Shown one piece after another: positions 31,169-41,020 of a stretch of 64,000 nucleotides of DNA. Position 1 is the stretch's first letter; each line of letters begins with the position of its first letter. The notes under the pieces are model-generated. The model made no database searches. It was not told the DNA's origin and was given only the letters and a program-made list of their open reading frames with translations. This DNA comes from Gammaproteobacteria bacterium (GTDB taxonomy: Bacteria; Pseudomonadota; Gammaproteobacteria; Steroidobacterales; Steroidobacteraceae), in contig VGVG01000001.1 in assembly GCA_016874055.1 (NCBI GenBank), positions 72,816 through 136,815 of the forward strand, written 5' to 3'. The position numbers were made by a program, and so were the translations under genes.

Positions 31169-31321
31169 TCGCGGTTGAAAGCGAATAGGCAGGTCGCCGG
31201 TCCGGCTCGGGCCGAGCCGGCGGTCCCTGCTCCCGCGGCCTCCGTAGTTCTACGACTTGGCAGCCAACGGGAAAACCCGTATGTTCCCGTCCCCTCGTTA
31301 GAGCAAGACGGATTTCCACCG

Positions 31322-31993
31322 ATGACGATGACCTCTGCGGCTACCGAGGCCGCACGTGAGCAGATGATTCAGCAGCAGCTGCGTGCCTGGGAGGTCCTCG
31401 ATCCCAGCATACTTGAAGTGTTCGCCCGCGTGCCGCGCGAGAAGTTCGTGCCGCCCGCCTACGTCGAGCTCGCTTTCGCCGACATCGAAATCCCCTTGAA
31501 CGCAGACGATCGCATGCTCGCACCCAAAGTGGCTGGGCGGATCATGCAGGCTGTGACGCCCCTGCCGACCGATCGCGTTTTACTCGTGGGCGTCGGCACT
31601 GGTTTCCTCGCTGCCTGTCTTGCTGCTCGAGCGTGCAGCGTTCGCGGTCTTGAGCTACGTGAAGATCTCGCGGTAATCGCGATCCAAAATCTGCGGAATG
31701 CGGGCGTGCGTAACGTCACCGTCGAATGCCGCAACGCCTTCGAGCCCGAGGCTCTGCTTAACGGTGCTTATGACGTCATCGTGCTCAGCGGCTCCTTGCC
31801 CGTTCCAGATGAACGGTTCGCTGGCCAGCTCGCTATCGGCGGCAGGCTATTCGCCGTGATCGGCCTCGGGCCCGTTATGGAAGCGTACCTCATCGAGCGG
31901 GTCGCGGCTGAAGCCTTCAGGTCGACCGGACTCTTCGAGACGGCGCTTAAGCCGCTGGTGGGCGCTCGCCAGCCCGAACGCTTCAATTTCTGA
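31322..31993 (+). CDS. Protein-L-isoaspartate O-methyltransferase-like methyltransferase
   Basis: Has the Pcm-family layout (REKFVP.., LLVGVGTGFLAACLA). This is the conserved gene neighbourhood upstream of rhodanese and tolC. Confidence 0.75.
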   Translation: MTMTSAATEAAREQMIQQQLRAWEVLDPSILEVFARVPREKFVPPAYVELAFADIEIPLNADDRMLAPKVAGRIMQAVTPLPTDRVLLVGVGTGFLAACLAARACSVRGLELREDLAVIAIQNLRNAGVRNVTVECRNAFEPEALLNGAYDVIVLSGSLPVPDERFAGQLAIGGRLFAVIGLGPVMEAYLIERVAAEAFRSTGLFETALKPLVGARQPERFNF

Positions 31994-32013
31994 TCGAGCC
32001 CGCGCAGGATGCG

Positions 32014-32337
32014 ATGATGATTAACGAAATAACGGTCGAGCAACTGAAAGCCCGAATCGATGCGGGCGAACGGCCGCCCGTAATAGACGTGCGAGAGGGT
32101 TGGGAACTCGATATCTCGAACCTGGCCTTCGCGCGTCATATCCCCATGGGCCAAATTCTTGCGCGGATCGGTGAACTCGATCCGGCGACCCCTTTGATCA
32201 TCATGTGTCGCTCCGGGGGGCGTAGCATGCAGGTCACCAAAATTCTGGAGACTCGGGGGTTCGGCTCGGTATTCAACCTCACAGGCGGAATTCTCGCCTG
32301 GGGAGAACGCATCGATCCGTCGTTGCGTTCATACTAA
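32014..32337 (+). CDS. Rhodanese-domain sulfurtransferase
   Basis: A 107-aa single rhodanese domain with the active-site loop CRSGGRS. Confidence 0.85.
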   Translation: MMINEITVEQLKARIDAGERPPVIDVREGWELDISNLAFARHIPMGQILARIGELDPATPLIIMCRSGGRSMQVTKILETRGFGSVFNLTGGILAWGERIDPSLRSY

Positions 32338-32415
32338 CCAATGCCTTGCCGCCGAGTTAGCCGTTCAGAGTGCTATTTGTTATCAATCTTTCTTTCTATC
32401 ACCAACGAGGTTTGA

Positions 32416-33825
32416 ATGATTTCGCACCTACGCATTCTCGCCATCGGCATGCTGGTCGCCGCCTCTGCGGCACCCGCCGAAGACCTCAAAGCCGTTTACG
32501 AGCGTGCCCTCGCCAACGACCCTCAAATCCGTGAGGCGGACGCCCTGCGCCGCGCTGCGCGCGAATCCCGGCCTCAGGCCTGGGCGGCGATTCTCCCGCA
32601 GATTTCGGGGTCGGCGAGCCAGACCAAGTCTGACACCACAAGCACCGGCCAGTTTCCCCAAGAGCAACGCCTGCCGAATGGCCAGACCGTAGTCCTCAAT
32701 TTCCTCTCTTCTAGCGTTTCCGAGCCCGAAACCGACCGCTGGAGCCTCGACCTCCGTCAAAGCCTCATTTCCTGGGATAACTGGGTCGCGATCAAGCGTG
32801 CGAGTCGACAAGTCGCCCAAGCCGAAGCAGACTTCCGGGCGGCGGAGCAGCAACTTGTCCTGCGCGTCTCTGAGGCGTATTTCAATGTGCTCGCGGCGCA
32901 AGATGCCGTCGAGGCGCAGTCCTCGGCTCTCGAGGCCATCTCACGGCAGCTCGAGCAAGCCGAAAAGCGCTTCGAGGTCGGTCTAATCGCCATCACGGAC
33001 ATTCAAGAGGCCAAAGCAGCTCGCGACAGCGCCGCTGCCGCAGTCATCGCTGCCAAACGCCAACTCGCCTCGGCCGAAGAACTCCTCCGCGAAATCACCG
33101 CCGAGAAATACACGAAGCTCGCTAAGCCGGGTGATGCAATGCCGCTTAAGTCTCCTGAGCCTGCCGATGAAGCGCGGTGGGTCGAGCGATCGATGGAACA
33201 AAACCTCGCGCTCGTCTCGAGCCGACTTGCTGCCGATATCGCCCGCGATAACGTGCGCGCCGCATTCGGCGGACATCTGCCAGAACTTGATCTCGTCGCA
33301 AGTAAGAGCAAGGTTGAGACGGCGAGCTCCATCTACTTCGTCAGTGGCAACTTAGGCACGCGTCTTTCGGATACCGAGGACGAGAGCTATACGCTGCAAG
33401 TCACGATGCCCATATTCAGCGGTGGTACAGCCCAGTCGCGCGTCCGTCAAACCGAATTCCAATGGCGCGCTGCGCGTGAGCGTTTGACTCGCGTCTCCCG
33501 CCAGACCGAGCGTCAAGCGCGCGACGCCTACTTAGGCGTCATCAGCGAAATTTCTCGTGTCAACGCACTGCGTCAGGCGCTCGAGTCAAACCTAACGGCC
33601 CTCAAAGCTACCGAGGCGGGCTACGAAGTCGGCACGCGTACGGCCGTCGATGTACTCGAGGCGCGTCGCAGCCTGACAGCGGCTCAAACCAACTATTCGC
33701 GCAGCCGGTACGACTATATTTTGAATGTGATGCGGCTGCGCCTTGCCATCGGTACGCTCGATCGCGTTACGCTCGAAGAGGTTAACAGTTGGTTGTCAGC
33801 GACTGATGCCGTGGCACAGCCATAA
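32416..33825 (+). CDS. tolC: TolC-family outer-membrane channel
   Basis: Signal peptide, then DLKAVYERALANDPQIREA and the duplicated OEP repeat architecture. Confidence 0.88.
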   Translation: MISHLRILAIGMLVAASAAPAEDLKAVYERALANDPQIREADALRRAARESRPQAWAAILPQISGSASQTKSDTTSTGQFPQEQRLPNGQTVVLNFLSSSVSEPETDRWSLDLRQSLISWDNWVAIKRASRQVAQAEADFRAAEQQLVLRVSEAYFNVLAAQDAVEAQSSALEAISRQLEQAEKRFEVGLIAITDIQEAKAARDSAAAAVIAAKRQLASAEELLREITAEKYTKLAKPGDAMPLKSPEPADEARWVERSMEQNLALVSSRLAADIARDNVRAAFGGHLPELDLVASKSKVETASSIYFVSGNLGTRLSDTEDESYTLQVTMPIFSGGTAQSRVRQTEFQWRAARERLTRVSRQTERQARDAYLGVISEISRVNALRQALESNLTALKATEAGYEVGTRTAVDVLEARRSLTAAQTNYSRSRYDYILNVMRLRLAIGTLDRVTLEEVNSWLSATDAVAQP

Positions 33826-35092
33826 GCGGCTCGAGGCAGACGAGTAAACGCTCTAGCGTGCCCCTATTCTTTTCTACGAATGCTCGGCCAAGCGCACCAC
33901 GCCGTGTGCGCTCCGTCTTGCGGGCCACAAGTCCGCGCACTTCGTCGAAGAGACCCTCCACATCGTTCACGACGGTAAGCGCCCCTGCTGCTTGCAGCGC
34001 CACGGTGATGTCTGGTGCGTTGTAGCCTTGCGAGCCTGTAATCGTGGGCACAGCGAGCGCTGCAGGCTCGATCAAGTTGTGTCCACCCATGTCGGTAAGG
34101 AGACTGCCGCCAACGAATGCAAGATCTGCCGTCGCGTAGGCTGTCATCAGCTCACCGAGGGTATCGAGCAACAGTACATCAGGCGCCGCTGACGTCGATC
34201 CCGTATCGAGTTGACTTCGACGGACGAAATTTATCCCAGCTGAATGCAAACGCGCTGCGACGGCATCAAAACGGGAGGGATGGCGCGGGGCGATCACGAG
34301 CGCGATGTCGACCCCGTCGACTCGCAAACGACGCTGCACCTCGAGCAAGGCGAATTCCTCAAACTCATAAGTGCTGCCGCCCACCAGTATCGTTCGATGT
34401 GGCCAACCGTAACGCGTGCGCAGCGCAGTGCCCTGCTCCACAAGCGAGTGTGAAAACGAAAGATCAAACTTGAGATTACCGATCACCTGAATGCGATTAG
34501 GCGTGACGCCGATTTGTCGAAAACGATCGGCATCAGTCTCGGACTGTGCGGCCACGATCACGCTGCTCTCGAATACGTTACGGAACAGCGGCGCGAATCG
34601 ACGCCATAGATTGACGGAGCGGGCCGAGATCGTAGCACTCGCCAGTACAACGGGAATCGCCCGTGCTGCACACTCGCCAAGAAGATTCGGCCAAAGTTCT
34701 TTCTCAATGATGATCGCAAGGCGCGGTCGAACACGATCAAGAAAACGTTTGACGCAACCCAGAGAATCGAATGGAAGAAAGCGGATGTCGATCATGCGAC
34801 CGAGGGTCTCTCGTGCGCGTTCAACGCCGGTGCCGGTGGTCGCCGTCAACGTGATTGGAACATCAGGGTATTTGCTTCGCAGAGCCCGTACGAGCGCCGC
34901 AGCAGCCTGCACCTCGCCCACCGATACGGCATGAATCCAGATGGCGTCGGTTGCGTGGCGAGCTCCGAAGCCGAATCGCTGCGAAAACTCGCGCTGCTCG
35001 CTGGGATCGTCCCGAAATATGCGTAGCACAAAAAGCGCCGTCGCCACAGGTAGCGCCATCGTCGCGAGCAAACGGTAGAGCCATCGCATCAT
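33782..35092 (-). CDS. waaA: 3-deoxy-D-manno-octulosonic acid (Kdo) transferase
   Basis: IWIHAVSVGEVQAAAALVRAL is the WaaA/KdtA signature. The start overlaps the kdkA stop (ATGA). Confidence 0.9.
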   Translation of the reverse strand: MMRWLYRLLATMALPVATALFVLRIFRDDPSEQREFSQRFGFGARHATDAIWIHAVSVGEVQAAAALVRALRSKYPDVPITLTATTGTGVERARETLGRMIDIRFLPFDSLGCVKRFLDRVRPRLAIIIEKELWPNLLGECAARAIPVVLASATISARSVNLWRRFAPLFRNVFESSVIVAAQSETDADRFRQIGVTPNRIQVIGNLKFDLSFSHSLVEQGTALRTRYGWPHRTILVGGSTYEFEEFALLEVQRRLRVDGVDIALVIAPRHPSRFDAVAARLHSAGINFVRRSQLDTGSTSAAPDVLLLDTLGELMTAYATADLAFVGGSLLTDMGGHNLIEPAALAVPTITGSQGYNAPDITVALQAAGALTVVNDVEGLFDEVRGLVARKTERTRRGALGRAFVEKNRGTLERLLVCLEPLMAVPRHQSLTTNC

Positions 35093-35841
35093 GACAAGCG
35101 ATCCGTGCGCGAGAAGTCACGATATCCCTCGAGCAATGATATCCATCGATACTCATCGAATGGCCTACTCAAAGAATCGCACACTTTGAGAATGGAACGG
35201 CGTAGACGTACGAGATTGACGTCGCACCAAAGTCCAGAATCACAAAAACTCGCACGATCGAAATCGATGAGGAACCACTGTCCTTGATCATCAACGAGTA
35301 AGTTATGGGCGTTGAGATCTGCGTGACGCAAACCCACCCCATGAAACCGTGCAACCGTTGTCCCAACGGCCAACCAATCGATCGACTCAAACCCTTGCGA
35401 AAGGCGCTCGGCGAGGGTTCTCACCCCCATGAGGCGTCGGGTGATGAGATCACCACGACAGAAGAGCCCCATCGGCGCAAATAATGCGGCGGCTACAGGC
35501 GCGACGGGCAAACCGAGATGCTGCAATTGCTGAATCACCCGGAACTCCCGAAAGGGCCGAGAGCGTGCTTCCCCTGCATTTAGATAACGATCGTGCATGA
35601 CCGCGGTGACGAGGCCACCTCGTCGATAATGACGCAGGGCAAAAGCTGCACCCTCCGCCGCGAAGAAAACAGTACTGCCCCGACCCGGCGCTTCGCCGCG
35701 CAGTGCACCAATCCGACTCCAGTGCGCAGGATCGAACCAGCGCTCATCAAAATTGCTGACGAGAGAGGGGTCATATAAAATCACAGAGCGGCCGACTTGG
35801 ATCCTATCCTCCCGCGGTTCGTGCTTGCGAATATCAGTCAT
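35089..35841 (-). CDS. kdkA: Kdo kinase
   Basis: ALRHYRRGGL .. HADLNAHNLLVDDQGQWFLIDFDR match the KdkA family. The start is uncertain (ATG at 35841, GTG at 35853 or GTG at 35784). Confidence 0.85.
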   Translation of the reverse strand: MTDIRKHEPREDRIQVGRSVILYDPSLVSNFDERWFDPAHWSRIGALRGEAPGRGSTVFFAAEGAAFALRHYRRGGLVTAVMHDRYLNAGEARSRPFREFRVIQQLQHLGLPVAPVAAALFAPMGLFCRGDLITRRLMGVRTLAERLSQGFESIDWLAVGTTVARFHGVGLRHADLNAHNLLVDDQGQWFLIDFDRASFCDSGLWCDVNLVRLRRSILKVCDSLSRPFDEYRWISLLEGYRDFSRTDRLS

Positions 35842-35864
35842 CTTTACCCTCACCGCCTCAAGCC

Positions 35865-36917
35865 ATGCTTCCGCTTATCAAGCCGCCCGAATCCGTTTGC
35901 CTCTTGAGGCTTTCGGCTATCGGCGACACCTGCCACGTCGTACCCCTGCTACGCTCTTTACAGCGCGCGTGGCCCGGCACGCGATTCACTTGGATTATCG
36001 GCCAAGCCGAGTTGCAACTCATGACCTTGCTATCGGGCGTCGAGTTTATCACCGTGGGCAAGCGAGCCGGCTTTGCGGGGCTTAAGACTCTCCGCGCCGC
36101 GCTGCGACGTCGGCAGTTCGACCTGATGCTTCACTTACAGCTGTCGGTTCGAGCGAGCGTCATCGCAGCACTCGTCCCGGCGCGAATCAAGTTGGGTTTT
36201 GACCGCGCGCGCGCAAGGGAGCTGCAGTGGCTAGTCACTAATGCCCGCATCGCACCTCGCAGCCGCGAGCACGTGCTCGACAGTTTCTTGGGCTTCGCCG
36301 AATCGGCAGGCGTAAGGCAGCGCGTGCTTGAGTGGAACCTCCCGCTACCCGACGACGCTATCAAATACGCTAAGCGGCTCATCCCCGATGGGGCGCCCCG
36401 TACGCTCGTGATTAGCGCATGCTCGACTCACGCACTTCGAAACTGGCTCGCCGAGCGTTACGCAGCGGTGGCGCGACATGCCATCGAAGAGCACGGGATG
36501 ACGGTCATTTTGGCGGGCGGCCCCAGCGAAACCGAAAAATCGATGTCGCATGCCATTGCTGCGCAGTGCTCCGGCGTCATTAATCAGGTCGGTAAAGATA
36601 CCCTGCCTCAGTTACTCGCCCTGCTCAGCCGCGCGACAGCACTACTCGCTCCCGATACGGGACCCGCGCACATGGCCACCATGGTCGGTACGCCAGTTAT
36701 CGGGCTCTATGCTGCCACGAACCCGGCGCGTAGCGGACCTTATCTCTCACGCGAGTGGTGCATCGACGCCTTCCCGCGAGCCACTCAAAAGTTTAGGCGT
36801 AGTGCGCCAAACGGCCTGCCCTGGACTACCAAAATCGAAGAGCCCGGCGTCATGGAGCTGATCGAGGTACCTGAGGTCTGCAACCGCCTTGATGCCTTGC
36901 TAGCATCACACCTATGA
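35865..36917 (+). CDS. Glycosyltransferase family 9 (LPS heptosyltransferase-like)
   Basis: LLRLSAIGDTCHVVPLLRSL and the C-terminal DTGPAHMA motif. Confidence 0.85.
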   Translation: MLPLIKPPESVCLLRLSAIGDTCHVVPLLRSLQRAWPGTRFTWIIGQAELQLMTLLSGVEFITVGKRAGFAGLKTLRAALRRRQFDLMLHLQLSVRASVIAALVPARIKLGFDRARARELQWLVTNARIAPRSREHVLDSFLGFAESAGVRQRVLEWNLPLPDDAIKYAKRLIPDGAPRTLVISACSTHALRNWLAERYAAVARHAIEEHGMTVILAGGPSETEKSMSHAIAAQCSGVINQVGKDTLPQLLALLSRATALLAPDTGPAHMATMVGTPVIGLYAATNPARSGPYLSREWCIDAFPRATQKFRRSAPNGLPWTTKIEEPGVMELIEVPEVCNRLDALLASHL

Positions 36918-37312
36918 AAGACATACTCGTGCCCATCTCCCTGGGCGAGCTGCTCGACAAAATCACGATCCTGCGCATCAAGGCCGCTCGTTTGACCGAC
37001 GCCGTCAAGGTGGGTAACGTACGGCTCGAACTCGATCTTCTCGAGAACATTTGGCGCGATGGCGGCGCGGCGATATCAGAAGTAGCGGCTGACGAAGCTA
37101 CTCTACAGCGCGTAAACGAAGCGTTATGGGATATCGAAGATAAGATTCGCGATAAAGAACTCGCTCAGGCTTTCGATGCCGAATTCATCGAACTCGCACG
37201 GGCGGTTTACGTGACGAATGACGAGCGTGCGGCCGTCAAAAAGCGCATCAATATGACTCTCGGATCGCGCATCGTCGAAGAAAAATCCTACAAGCCGTAT
37301 CGGTCGGTTTGA
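36914..37312 (+). CDS. Conserved hypothetical protein (DUF6165-like, assignment from memory)
   Basis: A 132-aa ORF whose ATG overlaps the GT9 stop (ATGA). It is helical and charged (ISLGELLDKITILRIK..). Confidence 0.6.
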   Translation: MKDILVPISLGELLDKITILRIKAARLTDAVKVGNVRLELDLLENIWRDGGAAISEVAADEATLQRVNEALWDIEDKIRDKELAQAFDAEFIELARAVYVTNDERAAVKKRINMTLGSRIVEEKSYKPYRSV

Positions 37313-37319
37313 TCAGCGC

Positions 37320-37511
37320 TCAGCGCTGCAGCGAGTACTCAGCACCGCAATAAGGGCACTTAGCCCAACCCGTTTTCTCGATGGGCAGATAAATGCGCGG
37401 ATGTGAGTTCCACAGTTGCATCTGCGGCATCGGACACGAGAGCGGCAGATCTTCAGACGTGACGTCGTACTTGCTCTGTGCGTTCGGCTGGATAAGGGGC
37501 TTCTCCGCCAT
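37320..37511 (-). CDS. Zinc-finger (zf-CHCC / NDUFS6-like) small protein
   Basis: MAEKPLIQ.. LSCPMP .. KCPYCGAEY. It lies 7 nt downstream of the glnE stop. Confidence 0.7.
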   Translation of the reverse strand: MAEKPLIQPNAQSKYDVTSEDLPLSCPMPQMQLWNSHPRIYLPIEKTGWAKCPYCGAEYSLQR

Positions 37512-37518
37512 TCCGCGA

Positions 37519-40368
37519 TTATACCGGCGTAGCCGTACCGGCAAAGGTGTCTTCCCAGATTCGGGCTACGGCTGCGCGCTCGGCAACGAACTCGCTTGCA
37601 TCGATGATGCCGCTTTCTTCGCGGAGTGATCGATGGTGATTACGCATGCGATATGCGCAGTAGACTCTCGTTAAAACGTCCACCGTTTGCTGCGGTATGA
37701 GATCGCCGGAGGCCAATGTTTCGAGCTGACGGATGGTGTCAGAGTACATCAACACCGCCGGGTGCCTCACCCCCTCACGCAGCGCCCAGTATTGGGCGAG
37801 AAACTCGATATCTGCGATACCGCCGCGATCCTGCTTAAGGTCGAATTGATCAGTCTTCGACTTGGCGAGCTCGTGACGCATCCGCTCGCGCATGTTGCCA
37901 ACCTCCTCGCGCAGCGTCTCCCGTTTTATGAACTCACCAAGGATGCGCACTCGCTCATGCTCAAATCTCTCGCAGAGCGCAGGCGGACCGGCAACTGCTC
38001 GTGCGTGTAACAACGCCTGATGCTCCCAGGTCCAAGCCGAGGAGTGCTGATAATCTATGAAGGCCTCCAGCTGTGTGATCGGCATTCCACCCTTTCCGCC
38101 CGGGCGCAGACGGATATCGACGTCGTAGAGACGGCCTGCTGCCGAGTGCACTGTGAGAATGTGGACGATGCGCTGCGCGAGTCTGGCAAAGAACAACTGG
38201 TTATCGATCGGACGATCGCCCGAGGTTTCCTGCACCGCACCGATCGAGTCGTGAAGAAAAACGAGATCGAGGTCGGACCCGTAGCCAAGCTCGATCCCGC
38301 CGAGCTTGCCGTAGCCAACGACACACACCTCCACATGGCGTGGTGGCGCGTCACCCGTCATGCGACAAGTGGGTATGCCGAACTGACTCGTCATCTGCGA
38401 CCAAGCCTGCTGCAAGACTCTCTGGAGCACGAGTTCCGCAACATCCGTGAGTCGATCCGATACTTGCATCAGTGGCAAGCTGCCAGAAAGATCGGTGATG
38501 GCGACACGAAATACCGCAGCGCGCTTAAATTGGGCGAGCGCCTCGACGAGTTGCTCGGGATCGTCGCCATCGACTCGCGCGAGGCGATCGTCGAGATCGG
38601 CGAGCAGTTCCGTCCGTGCAGGTGGCACGGTAAGGACACGCTCATCGAGTAATTCATCGAGTAACAAAGGGTGGGCCACAAGCTGCTGTACGAGAAAGTC
38701 GCCCCCCCGGCACACGCGAACAAAACGCTGCCGTGCGGCCGGATTTTCATTGAGTAAAGCAAAGTAGGCCGATCGACCGCCGATGGCCTCAAGGACGCGT
38801 AAGAGCCTGCGACCCATGGTGAGGTGATCGTCATCAAGCTTGAGAGAAACCAACAATTGCGGGACGAGTAGCTCGATTCGACGTCGGCCCGTCGCATCGA
38901 GCCGCCGTACCTGGGAACTACTGCGGAAATCGATGAGAAGCCGCGCCAGCTCCTCTCCGCTCGTCATGCCCCACGACGTGAGTACCTCGACCAGTGCCTC
39001 GACACCCACCATGTCATCCCAGATGAGCGAGAGGCCTGAGACCTCGTTTGAGCGAGGCGAGACGATACCACTTAAGGGCTCGACGCCAGTTGGTGCGAAC
39101 ACGAGGGCGTTGAACTCGCGACGGACATCCGCCACCCGCCGCTCATAGGTATGTCGCAAGGCTCCCCAGCTCTGCTCACCCATGGCGCGGACGAGCTTTT
39201 GCTGCGAGGCGGGATCGCGAGGCAGGACGTGGGTTTGTGCATCGGCGATCATCTGTAAGCGATTTTCGAGAACTCGTAGAAAACGATAGGCCGCCTCGAG
39301 TTCGGACACGGCCTGCGGACGTAATAATCGGCTGCGCGCAAGCTGCGGCAGCACTTTTAAGAGCCTTGAGTCCTGCAGCCGACGGTCTTGGCCGCCGCGG
39401 ATCAATTGCATGGATTGAACGATGAACTCGATCTCGCGAATACCGCCGGGCCCGAGCTTGACGTGATCGACGAGTTCCTTGCGAGCCACCTGCTTTTCGA
39501 TCAGCTGCTTCATTTCGCGCAGCGACTCAAACACGCCGAAGTCGAGGTAACGACGGTAGACAAATGGCCTGACTGCAGAGTCGTATAACTCAGCATAAGC
39601 TCGAGGTGCAGTGATCGGTCTTGCCTTGATCCAGGCATAGCGCTCCCAATCCCGACCGTGCTGCAGCAAGTAATCCTCGAAAGAAGAAAAGCTGCAGGCC
39701 AGCGGCCCGGAATCACCGAAGGGCCGTAATCGCATATCGATACGGAATACGAAGCCATCGACCGTCACAGCGGATAACAGGCGTAGCAGAGCCTGACCAA
39801 GGCGCACATAGAATTCTTCGTGGCCGACCGGCGTAGCGTGGGTCGTATCGCCATGCCCCGGAAAAAGAAAGACGAGATCGATATCCGAGGAGAAATTGAG
39901 CTCACGACCGCCGAGTTTTCCCATGCCCACGACGACCATGGGCATCGCACCGCCCTCGGCATACTCAGGCGTACCGCAGCGATCGCACAGTCCGTGCCAG
40001 GCAACAGCCATCGCGCGATTGACGACATCGTCGGCGAAGGCCGACAAATCCTCGAGGGTTTCTTCGAGCGTGGCGCGCCCGTTCAGATCCCGCCAGGCAA
40101 TCCGTACCATCTCGCGACAGCGCCATCGGCGCAGCCAGGCTTGCCACTGCGGTTCGGGAGCCTCAAGCGCCGGTGGCTGCTCACCACTAGGCCAACACAG
40201 CTGCCCGCCGGCCACGCGCAATTGCTGCAGAGCACCCGTTCGCAGCAGGTCGTTGAGCAGCTCGGGGTCGCGCGCGACGCTTTCTGTGACGAAGTCGCTG
40301 CAGGCGAAGGCTTTTTCGGCCTCACCGCGCCATTCGGGTGGGAAATCTTCAGCAACTGGACCAGACAT
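37519..40368 (-). CDS. glnE: Bifunctional glutamine synthetase adenylyltransferase / adenylyl-removing enzyme
   Basis: A 949-aa ORF with two nucleotidyltransferase modules (GMGKLGGRELNFSSDIDLVF and GYGKLGGIELGYGSDLDLVF). Confidence 0.92.
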   Translation of the reverse strand: MSGPVAEDFPPEWRGEAEKAFACSDFVTESVARDPELLNDLLRTGALQQLRVAGGQLCWPSGEQPPALEAPEPQWQAWLRRWRCREMVRIAWRDLNGRATLEETLEDLSAFADDVVNRAMAVAWHGLCDRCGTPEYAEGGAMPMVVVGMGKLGGRELNFSSDIDLVFLFPGHGDTTHATPVGHEEFYVRLGQALLRLLSAVTVDGFVFRIDMRLRPFGDSGPLACSFSSFEDYLLQHGRDWERYAWIKARPITAPRAYAELYDSAVRPFVYRRYLDFGVFESLREMKQLIEKQVARKELVDHVKLGPGGIREIEFIVQSMQLIRGGQDRRLQDSRLLKVLPQLARSRLLRPQAVSELEAAYRFLRVLENRLQMIADAQTHVLPRDPASQQKLVRAMGEQSWGALRHTYERRVADVRREFNALVFAPTGVEPLSGIVSPRSNEVSGLSLIWDDMVGVEALVEVLTSWGMTSGEELARLLIDFRSSSQVRRLDATGRRRIELLVPQLLVSLKLDDDHLTMGRRLLRVLEAIGGRSAYFALLNENPAARQRFVRVCRGGDFLVQQLVAHPLLLDELLDERVLTVPPARTELLADLDDRLARVDGDDPEQLVEALAQFKRAAVFRVAITDLSGSLPLMQVSDRLTDVAELVLQRVLQQAWSQMTSQFGIPTCRMTGDAPPRHVEVCVVGYGKLGGIELGYGSDLDLVFLHDSIGAVQETSGDRPIDNQLFFARLAQRIVHILTVHSAAGRLYDVDIRLRPGGKGGMPITQLEAFIDYQHSSAWTWEHQALLHARAVAGPPALCERFEHERVRILGEFIKRETLREEVGNMRERMRHELAKSKTDQFDLKQDRGGIADIEFLAQYWALREGVRHPAVLMYSDTIRQLETLASGDLIPQQTVDVLTRVYCAYRMRNHHRSLREESGIIDASEFVAERAAVARIWEDTFAGTATPV

Positions 40369-40384
40369 CAGGATTATGAGGATA

Positions 40385-40411
40385 CAAAAAAGCCCCGCAC
40401 GAGGCAGGGCT
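40385..40411 (-). terminator. Intrinsic-terminator-like hairpin (minus strand) 17 nt upstream of the glnE ATG
   Basis: The minus-sense RNA is AGCCCUGC-cucgu-GCGGGGCU followed by U6. The stem is perfect (with one G-U pair) only in the minus sense, whereas the plus sense has a C-A mismatch. Confidence 0.6.
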
Positions 40412-40453
40412 ATCTCTGTGTGCGCTGATCGGATGGGAAGGGAAAATCAGCGC

Positions 40454-41020
40454 ATGACTAGGAGACTAATCCTCAAAGGCTTGGCAGATAGAGTAGTGCC
40501 TACGGTGAATGACATGGACGTCTCGAGCACCGATTACCGCGCGACAATCAGCCGATTTCTAACCGGGGTAACATTGGTTACCACCCGATACGAGGGTATC
40601 GCCCAAGGCATTACAGCGAGTGCCGTAGCCTCCGTCACGCTGGATCCACCCACCGTGCTCGTGTGCCTGAATCGTCAGTCCGGTGCCTGTCATGCGACTA
40701 GTGCCTCCGGCCGGTTTTGCGTCCATGTGCTTGCGGACGATCAGTTGGAGCTCGCCCGACATTTCGCCTCGCGAGAACAGGATAAATTCGCTGTACTCGC
40801 GGAGTTGGGTCTCGTGCCTGCGCGTGACAGTACCTTAGGGAACCCGCGTCTCGATGGCGCTCTCGCTTATCTCGAATGTCAAGTCGCTACTCAGACGGAT
40901 GTCGGTACCCACCGTATCTTCTTTGGTAAGGTTGTTGCCGTGGAGGCTCGCGAGGGCTCGCCGCTCGCCTACTTTAGGGGTCAATTTACAAACCTCGCGA
41001 GCGGCAAGTCGATTCCATAA
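40454..41020 (+). CDS. Flavin reductase (HpaC/NtaB-like, small component of two-component monooxygenases)
   Basis: YRATISRFLTGVTLVTT .. GITASAVASVTLDPPTVLVCL match the flavin_reduct domain. The start is ATG at 40454 or 40514. The long upstream track ORF is antisense to glnE and spurious. Confidence 0.8.
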   Translation: MTRRLILKGLADRVVPTVNDMDVSSTDYRATISRFLTGVTLVTTRYEGIAQGITASAVASVTLDPPTVLVCLNRQSGACHATSASGRFCVHVLADDQLELARHFASREQDKFAVLAELGLVPARDSTLGNPRLDGALAYLECQVATQTDVGTHRIFFGKVVAVEAREGSPLAYFRGQFTNLASGKSIP

